NCBI GenBank assembly: GCA_965219685.1
Contig: CBDCOH010000002.1
Span: 1,824,001-1,888,000, forward strand
Reading direction: 5' to 3'
DNA: 64,000 bases
Source of the DNA: Candidatus Spongiisociaceae bacterium
GTDB taxonomy: Bacteria; Actinomycetota; Acidimicrobiia; Spongiisociales; Spongiisociaceae
The notes beneath the pieces are model-generated. The model had not been told where the DNA came from, did not search any database, and was given only the letters and a program-made list of their open reading frames with translations. Positions within the stretch are counted from its first letter, which is position 1, and the number at the start of each line of letters is the position of its first letter. Below, one piece after another: positions 36,974 through 46,061 of the stretch. Made by a program: the position numbers and the translations under genes.

Positions 36974-37452
36974 GGCCCGCCTCGCGTCAGCACCCCGGCA
37001 ACGGCGTCGACGATCTTCTCGTACCCGGTACAGCGGCACAGCGTCCCCGAGAGGCCGGATGCCAACTCGCGCCGGGTGATGGGGCCGCGACGCTCGGCGA
37101 CGAGCGCGGCGGCGGCGACCAGGAAGCCTGGGGTACAGAATCCGCACTGGATGGCGCCCTTGGAGATGAACTCCTCCTGCAGGGCGTCCAGGTCAGACGG
37201 GGAGCCGAGACCGTGGACGGTGGTGACCTCGCGGCCTTCCGCCTGCAGGGCGAGCATGAGGCAGGACCGGGCCAGTTCGCCGTCGATCAGGACGTTGCAC
37301 GATCCGCAGACGCCCTCACGGCATCCGATCTTCACGCCGTGCTTGCCCAACCGGTCCCTCAGGGTGTCGACGAGCACCTCGAACGGTTCCGCAACGAGGT
37401 CGTACGTCATATCGTCGACTCTCAGCGATAGGGACAGTGGCGGTTCACCCAC
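36970..37452 (-). CDS. Xanthine dehydrogenase-family 2Fe-2S (small) subunit
   Basis: Motifs GCREGVCGSC, SC, QCGFCTPG and LCRCTGY. Confidence 0.93.
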   Translation of the reverse strand: MGEPPLSLSLRVDDMTYDLVAEPFEVLVDTLRDRLGKHGVKIGCREGVCGSCNVLIDGELARSCLMLALQAEGREVTTVHGLGSPSDLDALQEEFISKGAIQCGFCTPGFLVAAAALVAERRGPITRRELASGLSGTLCRCTGYEKIVDAVAGVLTRGGP

Positions 37453-37593
37453 GTGTTCGACTCCGCGACGGCTCGGGACCGAGCTTTACAATAGCCATTG
37501 GCGGCTGCCGGGAGCCGGGAGGTTCCACCCGTTACGAGGGACGGCCCGTATCTGCGGCAGCCTCAGCGCATCGGAGATCAGGAGGGTCGCGGG

Positions 37594-38376
37594 ATGGACA
37601 CGGTACTCGACCTTTTCCGGCTGGACTCCAAGGTGGCGATGGTGACGGGTGGCAGCAAGGGCATCGGCCGCCACTATGCGGAGGCCCTTGCACAGGCAGG
37701 GGCCCGTGTGGTCGTAGCCGACATAGATCGAGCCGCGATCGACGAGACGACGGCTCGCCTTGAGGCATCTCACCCCTCGCAGGCAATGGGCATCTATGTC
37801 GACGTGACCGACCGTCAACTCATCGAAGAGGCCGTAGGCGAGATCGACCGGCGTTGGGGCGGGCTCGACATCCTCGTGAACAATGCCGGCCTCTACGCCG
37901 CGCTTCCTACCCGCGAATCGGCCTGGGGCATCCCGGACGACGAGTGGGACCGTATCCTCGCCGTCAACGTCCGCTCGATATACGTGATGACAGAAATGTG
38001 CCTGCCGTTGCTGAAGAGGGGAGGTTGGGGGCGGGTGATCAACATCTCCTCAGGTCTGGCCATCCGCGGTTCTCCGCGGCTCATCCACTACTCGGCCACG
38101 AAGGCGGCGGTCACCAACCTCACCCGTACGACCGCGCTGGCGGTCGCCGGGACCGGCATAACGGTGAACTCCATCGGGCCCGGGATGACCGCCAGCGACA
38201 CGGCCCTGGCCGCGAGGGGTGCCGACTACTACAGGAAGCCGGTAGCGCCCCAGGTCATCGACCGGGTGGGTCTTCCGGGTGATCTGGTCGGCACCCTCCT
38301 CTACCTTGCGTCACCGGCCAGCGACTTCGTGACCGGCCAGATGATCCTGGTCGACGGCGGAGGCATCTTCCACTGA
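37594..38376 (+). CDS. Short-chain dehydrogenase/reductase
   Basis: Motifs TGGSKGIG, NNAG and YSATK. GGAGG RBS upstream. Confidence 0.92.
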   Translation: MDTVLDLFRLDSKVAMVTGGSKGIGRHYAEALAQAGARVVVADIDRAAIDETTARLEASHPSQAMGIYVDVTDRQLIEEAVGEIDRRWGGLDILVNNAGLYAALPTRESAWGIPDDEWDRILAVNVRSIYVMTEMCLPLLKRGGWGRVINISSGLAIRGSPRLIHYSATKAAVTNLTRTTALAVAGTGITVNSIGPGMTASDTALAARGADYYRKPVAPQVIDRVGLPGDLVGTLLYLASPASDFVTGQMILVDGGGIFH

Positions 38377-38389
38377 GGACGCCCAGGGT

Positions 38390-39466
38390 TCACCACAGCA
38401 CCGGCGACTCCGACAGGAGACGGTCGGGATCCCCGTACTCGGCGGCTTTCGCCCGCACGGAGGGATGGTCGAGGGTTGACAGGCGACCGCGGTCGACCAG
38501 TGGCTTTCCGTCCACCGTGATGGTCGGCCGGTCGAACTGGCAGTCGCAGTGGGCGCGGCCGGGACCCGCCCGGTCCGCTGCGTCGAGCGAGTCGATCCCG
38601 AAATAGAACGCCCCGGCATGTTTCTCCCGTTCGAACTGGGGCGCCCCTTTCACGCGAACCTTGGGATTCAAACCGATGAACGCGTGCCTCAAGTAGTAGC
38701 CGGAGGGTGAGAACACCTCCAGGTCGCGGGCTTCGACCCCTCCCGAAATGTCCACCACGCGATTGCCTTCGAGGCGCAGCGCCAAGGGGTCCGTGGGAAC
38801 GCCGGTCACGGTGCACTCTTCGATGACCACGGTGCCATAAGTATCGTCCGGGTACCAGTTCACACCCCCGTAAGGGAACGGAGACCATGACCCGGGCTCC
38901 TGCAACGGGCCGTTGTCGGTATCGAACCGCATGTGACCGAACCGGATGTCGGTGCCGAACGAGGTGGTGACCCGGATCTCGGACGACCCGACGACGTGGT
39001 CCAGTACCCGGCTCTTGATCTCGTAGAACACCTCGGGGGGAAACCGCGCTCCGGTGGTGAAGGCCCCCAGCGTCGCGGTCTGATGTAGCGCGGCGAGACG
39101 CGCCCCGAGGCGGCCGAGTTCAGTGAAGAACAGAGGCCCCGTGTGGACTTCCGCCCACCATGCGCAGGAAATGACGACATCCGCCGCCTCCCAGGCAGCG
39201 ACGACCACGGGACTGGGATCGGTCGCTCCCATGCCGCCCGGCCTCCACGGGTCCACATAGAGAGTGGACACGTTTCCTCCGAGGAGCGCAGCCACCGAAC
39301 CGATCGCTCCCACAACCGCCGGATGGACCGAATGCTCGGCTAGCACCAGGACATGCTCGCCGACGCTCAGCGACACGTAGTCCATCAGGTTCTTGACACC
39401 CGGCATCAGCATCGGCGTCGTGCCGGGACCCGGAGGGTTCATGTCGGCGTATGCTCGGGGTTCCAC
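38390..39466 (-). CDS. M29/NicX-fold protein (2,5-dihydroxypyridine dioxygenase-like)
   Basis: Segments GEHVLVLAE, TSFGTDIRF, GTVVIE, RHAFIGLNP and HCD...PTITVDG. Confidence 0.65.
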   Translation of the reverse strand: MEPRAYADMNPPGPGTTPMLMPGVKNLMDYVSLSVGEHVLVLAEHSVHPAVVGAIGSVAALLGGNVSTLYVDPWRPGGMGATDPSPVVVAAWEAADVVISCAWWAEVHTGPLFFTELGRLGARLAALHQTATLGAFTTGARFPPEVFYEIKSRVLDHVVGSSEIRVTTSFGTDIRFGHMRFDTDNGPLQEPGSWSPFPYGGVNWYPDDTYGTVVIEECTVTGVPTDPLALRLEGNRVVDISGGVEARDLEVFSPSGYYLRHAFIGLNPKVRVKGAPQFEREKHAGAFYFGIDSLDAADRAGPGRAHCDCQFDRPTITVDGKPLVDRGRLSTLDHPSVRAKAAEYGDPDRLLSESPVLW

Positions 39467-39867
39467 CGCCCACCTCCCTCCCTGACCGCCGGCCGGGACC
39501 CGTCACTCCCGGCCGGACAAGGCCGCAACTCCACCGGCCCCCGGGGTAATGGAACGGTGACACGGTCGGGGTCCGGTTCATGGGGAGCGTAGTACGGGCC
39601 GGCTCGCCGCCGCTCACCTCATCAGAGACCGGGGCGGGTCCGTCCGGTCATCACGGATGGATACCCGAGGCCGGATGCTGTCGCGTAAGATCTCGATCCG
39701 CCGGAGCCTCCCCCGACTGGTCGAAAGAAGTACCGACGACCGGATGCGGTGCGGTTCCGGCTACGGCTAACTTAGACAGCAAGGGCGGGAGCCGAACCCC
39801 GAGCGCCCGCGACTTGCGTCGACACGGAGGCGGGCTCACCCACCAGAATCTACTGGAGGTCATCAGT

Positions 39868-40902
39868 ATGCCAATCATGAAGGCCGCACAGGTTCATGAA
39901 GACCTGAGCTTGAATGTGAACGAAGTGGATAGACCTTCCCCCGGACCTGGGGAAGCGCTGGTCCGGTTACATTCGTCCGGGGTGTGCGCCACCGATCTTC
40001 ACGTCCTCGAGGGGATGATCCAGCCCGACGAGTATCCGATGACGGTCGGCCATGAAGCGGCCGGAGTGGTGGTCGAGGTCGGCGACGGCGCGACCGTATC
40101 CGTCGGTGACCGGGTGGCTGTTTACAACAAGATCTTCTGCGGGACCTGCGAGCAGTGCCTGGTCGGACGCCAGAACATTTGCGACAACGAACCCGGGCAG
40201 TTCGGATTCAACCTGGATGGCGGGTATGCCGAGTACATCAACTCTCCCTCCCGCAATCTTGTCCCGCTACCGGACAACGTGGACTTCGACACCGCCTCGG
40301 TACTCGCCTGCGCGGGCATGACCGCTGTGCATGCGGCCCGGCTCTCGCACATGAGCGTGGGCGAGACGGCAGTCGTGAACGGCGTCGGCGGAGTCGGATC
40401 CATGGTCCTCCAGGTGGCCGCTCTGGCCGGCGCCCGTGTCCTCGCCGTCGCCGATACCGAGGAGAAGCTGGAACTGGCGAAGTCATTCGGTGCTTCCGGG
40501 GGCGTCGTGGTGCCGGACGCCGATGGCTACGACGAACTCCCCGAGCGAATCCGGGGACTGACCGGGGGCAGGGGCACCGACCTGTTCTTCGAGTTGGTAG
40601 GCACCACGAAGACGATGCTGGCCGGTATCCGCTCACTGGCCAAGCACGGGCGTTTCGTGTCAACCGGATACACGGGCGAATCGCTGGAGGTCCACCCGAT
40701 CGAGTTCATCCTGCCGGAGACCGTCTGGGTATCCACGGTGGCCGCCACCGTGCGCGACCTGGCCGACGCCATCCGCCTGGCCGCCGACGGGCACATCTCG
40801 GTGCCGGTAGCCGCCACGTACCCGCTCGACGGCGCCGCAGAAGCACTGGAGAACCTGCGGCAGCGGCGGGTACTCGGGCGCCAGGTTCTCGCCCTGGCCT
40901 GA
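39868..40902 (+). CDS. Zinc-dependent alcohol dehydrogenase
   Basis: Motifs GVCATD, GHE, structural-Zn CGTCEQC...C, and GVGGVG. Confidence 0.93.
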   Translation: MPIMKAAQVHEDLSLNVNEVDRPSPGPGEALVRLHSSGVCATDLHVLEGMIQPDEYPMTVGHEAAGVVVEVGDGATVSVGDRVAVYNKIFCGTCEQCLVGRQNICDNEPGQFGFNLDGGYAEYINSPSRNLVPLPDNVDFDTASVLACAGMTAVHAARLSHMSVGETAVVNGVGGVGSMVLQVAALAGARVLAVADTEEKLELAKSFGASGGVVVPDADGYDELPERIRGLTGGRGTDLFFELVGTTKTMLAGIRSLAKHGRFVSTGYTGESLEVHPIEFILPETVWVSTVAATVRDLADAIRLAADGHISVPVAATYPLDGAAEALENLRQRRVLGRQVLALA

Positions 40903-40941
40903 CACACGGGGAGCTATAGGAAACATGGGAGCTATAGGAAC

Positions 40942-42459
40942 ATGACAGTCATTGAACGCCCCAGCATCGACTTCCTCACCCGGCCCAAGCGTCTCTTCAT
41001 CGGAGGCGAATGGGTCGACGGAACCGACATCTTCCTGACCAGCGACCCCTCAACGGGGGAGGTACTTGCTGAGATACCCGTCGCCGGTCCGGACCAGATC
41101 GACCAAGCCGTGGCAGCTGCCCGGCATGCGTTCGACAACGGTTGGCGGGACATGGCGCCGACCGAGCGCCAGCGGCTCATCTGGGGTCTCGGCGACCTGC
41201 TCGACGAGCACAGGGACGAGTTCGCGGTGCTCGAAGTCCTGGACAACGGCAAGCCGCTGTGGGAGGCGGAGCTGGTGGATATCGCCCTGTCGATCGAGAT
41301 CCTCCGGTACTACGCCGGTTGGGCCACCAAGATCCACGGCGACCTGCTCCCGAACAGCATCCCCGGGCTGATCAGCCTTCGCAAGCGCGAACCGATCGGC
41401 GTGGTTGGGGCCATCGCGCCCTGGAACTTCCCGCTGCTGGAGATCATCTACAAGCTCGGTCCGGCGCTGGCGGCCGGTTGCACGGTCGTGGGCAAGCCCG
41501 CCTCGTGGACACCGCTCACCACGCTGCGCTTCGCGGAGTTGGTGAACGAGTCCGGGATCCCGCCGGGAGTGATCAACATCGTCACCGGTCCGGGTCCCGA
41601 CGTGGGTGCCGCGATCGCATCGCACCCGGGAGTCGACAAGGTGGCCTTCACCGGTCAGACCAGCACCGGCCAGCAGATCCTCAAACAGGCCATTCCCTCC
41701 CTCAAGCGCGTTTCGCTGGAGCTGGGGGGCAAGAGTCCGAATGTGGTGTTCGCCGACGCCCACCGGGAGGCGGCAATGGCGGGCGCCTTCGGTGGGATCT
41801 TCTTCAACCAGGGCCAAGCCTGCGTGGCCGGTTCCCGGCTCTTCGTCGAGGAGAGGATTGCCGACGAGTTCGCCGAGGAGTTGACCGCGAAAGCGCGGGG
41901 TGTGCGTCTCGGCCAGGGCCTGAATCCCGATTCGCAGATGGGTCCGCTGGTCTCGGCCTCCCATCGGGAAACGGTGAAGGGCTACATCGACACCGCCTCC
42001 GGAGGAGGCGCCGAGGTCGTGGTCGGCGGCCGCGACGCCACAGTTGAAGGTCTCGAGAGCGGCTTCTTCCTCGAGCCCACGGTGGTGGACCGGGTCACCA
42101 ACGACATGACGGTCGCCCAGGAGGAGATCTTCGGACCGGTGGTGTCGATCCTGCGGTTCTCGGATTGGGACGAGCTCATCTCGCTGGCCAACGACGTCCG
42201 GTACGGCCTGGCAGCCGGCGTTTGGACCTCGGATGTCAACAAGGCGCTGAAGTTCGCCGACGCGGTCCGGGCAGGCACCGTATGGATCAACACCTACGGC
42301 ATGTTCGATGTTGCGGTGCCGTTCGGAGGTCAGAAGATGTCGGGGTTCGGTGGTCGCGAACTAGGCGAGGAGGCGCTCGACCCCTACCTGCAGTCCAAGT
42401 CGATCTGGATCGACACCGAGGCGGTGATCCCGACGCAGGGGCAGGGCATCTCCCGCTGA
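40942..42459 (+). CDS. Aldehyde dehydrogenase
   Basis: Motifs PWNFP, FTGQT, LELGGKSP, GQACVAGSR and EEIFGPV. Confidence 0.95.
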   Translation: MTVIERPSIDFLTRPKRLFIGGEWVDGTDIFLTSDPSTGEVLAEIPVAGPDQIDQAVAAARHAFDNGWRDMAPTERQRLIWGLGDLLDEHRDEFAVLEVLDNGKPLWEAELVDIALSIEILRYYAGWATKIHGDLLPNSIPGLISLRKREPIGVVGAIAPWNFPLLEIIYKLGPALAAGCTVVGKPASWTPLTTLRFAELVNESGIPPGVINIVTGPGPDVGAAIASHPGVDKVAFTGQTSTGQQILKQAIPSLKRVSLELGGKSPNVVFADAHREAAMAGAFGGIFFNQGQACVAGSRLFVEERIADEFAEELTAKARGVRLGQGLNPDSQMGPLVSASHRETVKGYIDTASGGGAEVVVGGRDATVEGLESGFFLEPTVVDRVTNDMTVAQEEIFGPVVSILRFSDWDELISLANDVRYGLAAGVWTSDVNKALKFADAVRAGTVWINTYGMFDVAVPFGGQKMSGFGGRELGEEALDPYLQSKSIWIDTEAVIPTQGQGISR

Positions 42460-42616
42460 CCGGCCACCCCCGGCTGGATGGTTTCCAGGCCGGGAGCGCG
42501 CCCCGCTACCAGTGGTCTGCCTGCGAATTGGCGGCGCGCCGCGCGGCGCTATCCGGCGGACAGACCACCAGCGATCATCTATCGTTTCGGGACAAGTGGA
42601 GGGAAGGAGAATCGGG

Positions 42617-43477
42617 GTGGACAAGCTGGTACGACCTGGTTGGCTCGAGGAGAACCTGGCGGCCCCTGACCTGCGCATCCTCGACTGCTCGGTGGTCTTC
42701 GAGAGACCGGGCGGTGTGCTCAACATCGAAAGCGGCCGGGAACGGTGGAATCAGGAGCACATACCGGGAAGCGTCCACGTCGATCTCATGACCGAACTCG
42801 CCGACCAGACCGCGGAACTCATGTTCATGATGCCGCCCGCCGAGCAGTTCGTGTCGGTCATGGAGTCGGTCGGGGTCGGCGACGGTACGAGGGTCGTCCT
42901 CTACGACTTCGATATCAACATGTGGGCCGCCCGGGTCTGGTGGATGCTTCACTCCGTGGGGTTCGACGAGGCAGGTATCCTCGATGGGGGCCTTAGGGGC
43001 TGGAAGGCCGGAGGCCGGTCGGTCACGGCTGATCCCGCGCCGCGGCATCCCCGGGCCTCACTCACCCTCCGGCCACGCCCGGGCATCTTCGTGGGCAAGC
43101 AAGAGGTCCTCGCCGCTATGGAGGACGACGACGTAACCATCGTCGACGCCCTGCCTGCAGCTCACTACAACGGGGAGACCCAGTACTACCGCCGCCGGGG
43201 TCACATCCCGACCGCGGTCAACGTACCGGCCGGCTCCCTCGTCGATCACCGCACGCACGCCTACGCCGAGACCGATGAACTGCGCAGTCTGGCAGCCCCC
43301 GCGCTCGAAACCGGGGCCAGCCAGACAATTGCCTACTGCGGAGGAGGAATCTCCGCGGCGAGCACCGCATTCGCGCTGTCCCTGCTCGGTGAAGAGCACG
43401 TTTCGATCTACGACGCCTCCATGGGCGAGTGGACGAGGGATCCCTCGTTGCCTCTCGAGGTCCCGCCTGCCGGTTGA
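42617..43477 (+). CDS. Sulfurtransferase (two-domain rhodanese)
   Basis: Motifs HIPGS, AARVWW, GHIPTA, active-site YCGGG, and YDASMGEW. Confidence 0.92.
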   Translation: MDKLVRPGWLEENLAAPDLRILDCSVVFERPGGVLNIESGRERWNQEHIPGSVHVDLMTELADQTAELMFMMPPAEQFVSVMESVGVGDGTRVVLYDFDINMWAARVWWMLHSVGFDEAGILDGGLRGWKAGGRSVTADPAPRHPRASLTLRPRPGIFVGKQEVLAAMEDDDVTIVDALPAAHYNGETQYYRRRGHIPTAVNVPAGSLVDHRTHAYAETDELRSLAAPALETGASQTIAYCGGGISAASTAFALSLLGEEHVSIYDASMGEWTRDPSLPLEVPPAG

Positions 43478-43486
43478 TCGATCGCG

Positions 43487-44701
43487 GTGCCGCGCAGCGA
43501 GATGAGAGAAGTGGGCGCTGATCGGACAGCCAGGGCCGCGATCGAGTCGCTGGATCTCGACCTCGCGGTCGATCTGTGCCGGCAGGTATCGCGCATCCCG
43601 AGCGTGCTCGGCGAGGAGGGTCCCCTAGCCGAGTTCATCGCCGCCACGCTGCGGGATCTCGGGTTCGAGCAGGTCGAACTCCAGCCGGTCCTTCCGGGCC
43701 GGCCCAACGCCATCGGAGAACTGTCCTTCGGTCCGGGCCGGCGGGTGGTGCTCACCGGCCACCTGGATACCAAGCCGGTTTCCCACGGCTGGACCGTGGC
43801 CGAGCCGTACTCCGGTGATCTCGTGGACGGGCGCGTGTACGGGCACGGGATCATGGACATGAAGGGGGCCCTCGCCTGCCAGATCGCGGCCCTCACGGGA
43901 CTGAGGAGCGCCGGGATCCCGCTCACCGGGACGGCCGCCCTCGCGGCGGTGTCGGACCACATGGGTGAGCAACGGGGTTCGATCGCATACTTCGAGGCTC
44001 ACCCTGCCGATCTGTGCGTGCTCGGTGAGTTAAGCGAGAGCACCATCTGCCTGGGCCACCGGGGCCGCTACTACTTCGACATCCACGTGTACGGGCGCTC
44101 GGCGCACACCTGCCACAAGTACGACGCGGTGAACGCCAACTACCTCGCCGCTCTGGCGGTCCTCGAGTTGGACCGGTCCCGGCTGGAACCCGACCTGGAA
44201 CCGTGGGTGGCGGACATGTTCGGCAAGGAGACGTTCATGTCCCCTGGCCGTATCTACGGCGGACTCCCTCCTGGCGGTCCGTCCATGATCCCCGACGAGT
44301 GCGTGATCAGGGTCGACTGCCGGCCCCAGCCCGGGGTGAGCAAGGCGACCGTACGCGCCGAGATCGACCGCGCACTGGCAGCCGCGGCGGCGAAGGACAC
44401 CCGGTTCAGAGCCGACGTGGTGCTGGCCGACGAGAAACCCGGTCATCTCGTGGATCGAGACTCCGAGGTGGTGCGCCTGATGCGAGAGGCTGTCCGCGCT
44501 GCCCGGCCGGGACACGAGCCCTCATTGCGGGTGGAGGGCTGGCTCGGCGACACCTCCAGCTTCGGACCCCTGGTCGAGACGGTGATCTTCGGTCCGGGCG
44601 GAGAGCCCGTCTACTCGGCCGACGAGAACCTATCGGTCGACGACATACACGACGCGACGAAGGTGTACGCCGCCTTCGCCGCCCTGGCCCTCTCGACGTG
44701 A
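43487..44701 (+). CDS. M20-family (ArgE/DapE-like) metallohydrolase with atypical active site
   Basis: Motifs GHLDT, GHGIMDMKG and GRSAH. SDHM replaces the usual xDEE. Confidence 0.85.
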   Translation: MPRSEMREVGADRTARAAIESLDLDLAVDLCRQVSRIPSVLGEEGPLAEFIAATLRDLGFEQVELQPVLPGRPNAIGELSFGPGRRVVLTGHLDTKPVSHGWTVAEPYSGDLVDGRVYGHGIMDMKGALACQIAALTGLRSAGIPLTGTAALAAVSDHMGEQRGSIAYFEAHPADLCVLGELSESTICLGHRGRYYFDIHVYGRSAHTCHKYDAVNANYLAALAVLELDRSRLEPDLEPWVADMFGKETFMSPGRIYGGLPPGGPSMIPDECVIRVDCRPQPGVSKATVRAEIDRALAAAAAKDTRFRADVVLADEKPGHLVDRDSEVVRLMREAVRAARPGHEPSLRVEGWLGDTSSFGPLVETVIFGPGGEPVYSADENLSVDDIHDATKVYAAFAALALST

Positions 44702-45660
44702 ACTACCCCGGTTTCGACGCCGTACTCGAATCCTGCCTGCGAGTGCGACCGGGTGAAGAAGTCCTGCTGCTCACCGACGAGGGGACGGATGCGGACGTCG
44801 TAGCCGGTCTCGTAGAAGGAGTGACCGCGCGGGGCGCCATCCCCCTCGTGTCCAGGATGCCGATGCCCTACATACCGGGCTCCGAGCCACCTCGGGCCGT
44901 GGCTGCGGCTCTACGGTCATCGGGAGCGGCCATCGAACTGACCAGCCTGTTCGTCGGGTCGAGCCGGGCCCGCCAGAGGGCTTCCGCGGCCGGCGTTCGA
45001 TATCTTGCCATGCCGGGCGTCGAACTGGACACGTTCCGCGCCGGAGGACCTCTGACCGTGGACTTCGACTCGCAGCGCGCGGTCGCCGTCGCGATCGGTG
45101 CAGCCTGGGATCGCGGCTCCAGTTTCAGGCTGACCAGCGCCGCCGGTACCGATCTGCGTGGCTCGGTGGCGAACCGCGCCGGCCGGGTCCTCGACGGCAT
45201 CGCAAGAGCCGATGGGCAGTACATGGCGCCTCCGGACATCGAGGCCGGAACCGCGCCCGTCGAGCAGACCACCTCGGGGGTGGCCGTGATCGACGGCGAT
45301 CTCCTGTTCATGGGTCGAGGCCCCCTCCCAGAGCCGGTCGTCATGCACTTCGACCGCGGACGGATGGTGGGCACCGACGGCGCCTACAAGGATCGCCTTC
45401 TCGAGATGATTGCTCGCTGCGACGACGACCGGATGAGCAATCTGGCGGAGGTGTCCATGGGCCTGAACCCTCTGGGGAGGATCTGCAGCGTCCCGATGGA
45501 GACCGAGTCGGCACTGGGAACGGCCCACATCGCACTCGGTAACTCCATCGCCTACGGGGGCACTGTCAATGCAGCCGCTCATCTCGACTGCGTGATGGCG
45601 GCCGCCACCTTGGAGATCGACGGCGAGGTGGTGATAAGCGACGGGGAACTCCGGCCATGA
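44698..45660 (+). CDS. M29 (aminopeptidase T-like) metallohydrolase
   Basis: Motifs GEEVLLLTD, AGTDL, LAEVSMGLNP, HIALG and HLD. GTGA overlap. Confidence 0.8.
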   Translation: MNYPGFDAVLESCLRVRPGEEVLLLTDEGTDADVVAGLVEGVTARGAIPLVSRMPMPYIPGSEPPRAVAAALRSSGAAIELTSLFVGSSRARQRASAAGVRYLAMPGVELDTFRAGGPLTVDFDSQRAVAVAIGAAWDRGSSFRLTSAAGTDLRGSVANRAGRVLDGIARADGQYMAPPDIEAGTAPVEQTTSGVAVIDGDLLFMGRGPLPEPVVMHFDRGRMVGTDGAYKDRLLEMIARCDDDRMSNLAEVSMGLNPLGRICSVPMETESALGTAHIALGNSIAYGGTVNAAAHLDCVMAAATLEIDGEVVISDGELRP

Positions 45661-46061
45661 GCAGGCCCCGCATCCTGCTGGCCAAACCCGGTCTCGACGG
45701 CCACGACCGCGGCGTGAAGGTCATCGCCATGGCACTTCGGGATGCGGGAGCGGAAGTCATCTTCCTCGGGCTCCGGCAGTCACCGGAGCAGATCGTCACC
45801 GCCGCGATCGAGGAGAGCGTGGACGTGATCGGTGTCTCGTTGCTGTCCGGAGCGCACGTGGCGCTGGCAAGACGCTTGGTGGAGGAACGAGCCAGGGCCG
45901 GCATCGCCGACGTCCCGATAGTCATCGGCGGAACCATTCCGCAGGCGGATGTCGACCTGCTCACACACATCGGGATACATGGGGTCTTTCCGGTGGGATC
46001 TCCCCTCGACGTTGTGGTGGACGGGATGTTCCGTGCGGCGTCTGCCGGCATCCCCCGATGA
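45657..46061 (+). CDS. Cobalamin-binding small subunit of an acyl-CoA mutase
   Basis: KPGLDGHDRG (DxHxxG), SLLSGAH and GGTIP. Confidence 0.93.
   Translation: MSRPRILLAKPGLDGHDRGVKVIAMALRDAGAEVIFLGLRQSPEQIVTAAIEESVDVIGVSLLSGAHVALARRLVEERARAGIADVPIVIGGTIPQADVDLLTHIGIHGVFPVGSPLDVVVDGMFRAASAGIPR

Noticed and set aside
39467-39867. Cobalamin riboswitch or ncRNA upstream of the operon containing the mutase
   Set aside because: GC-rich hairpins are present but there is no B12-box; this fits a divergent promoter region.
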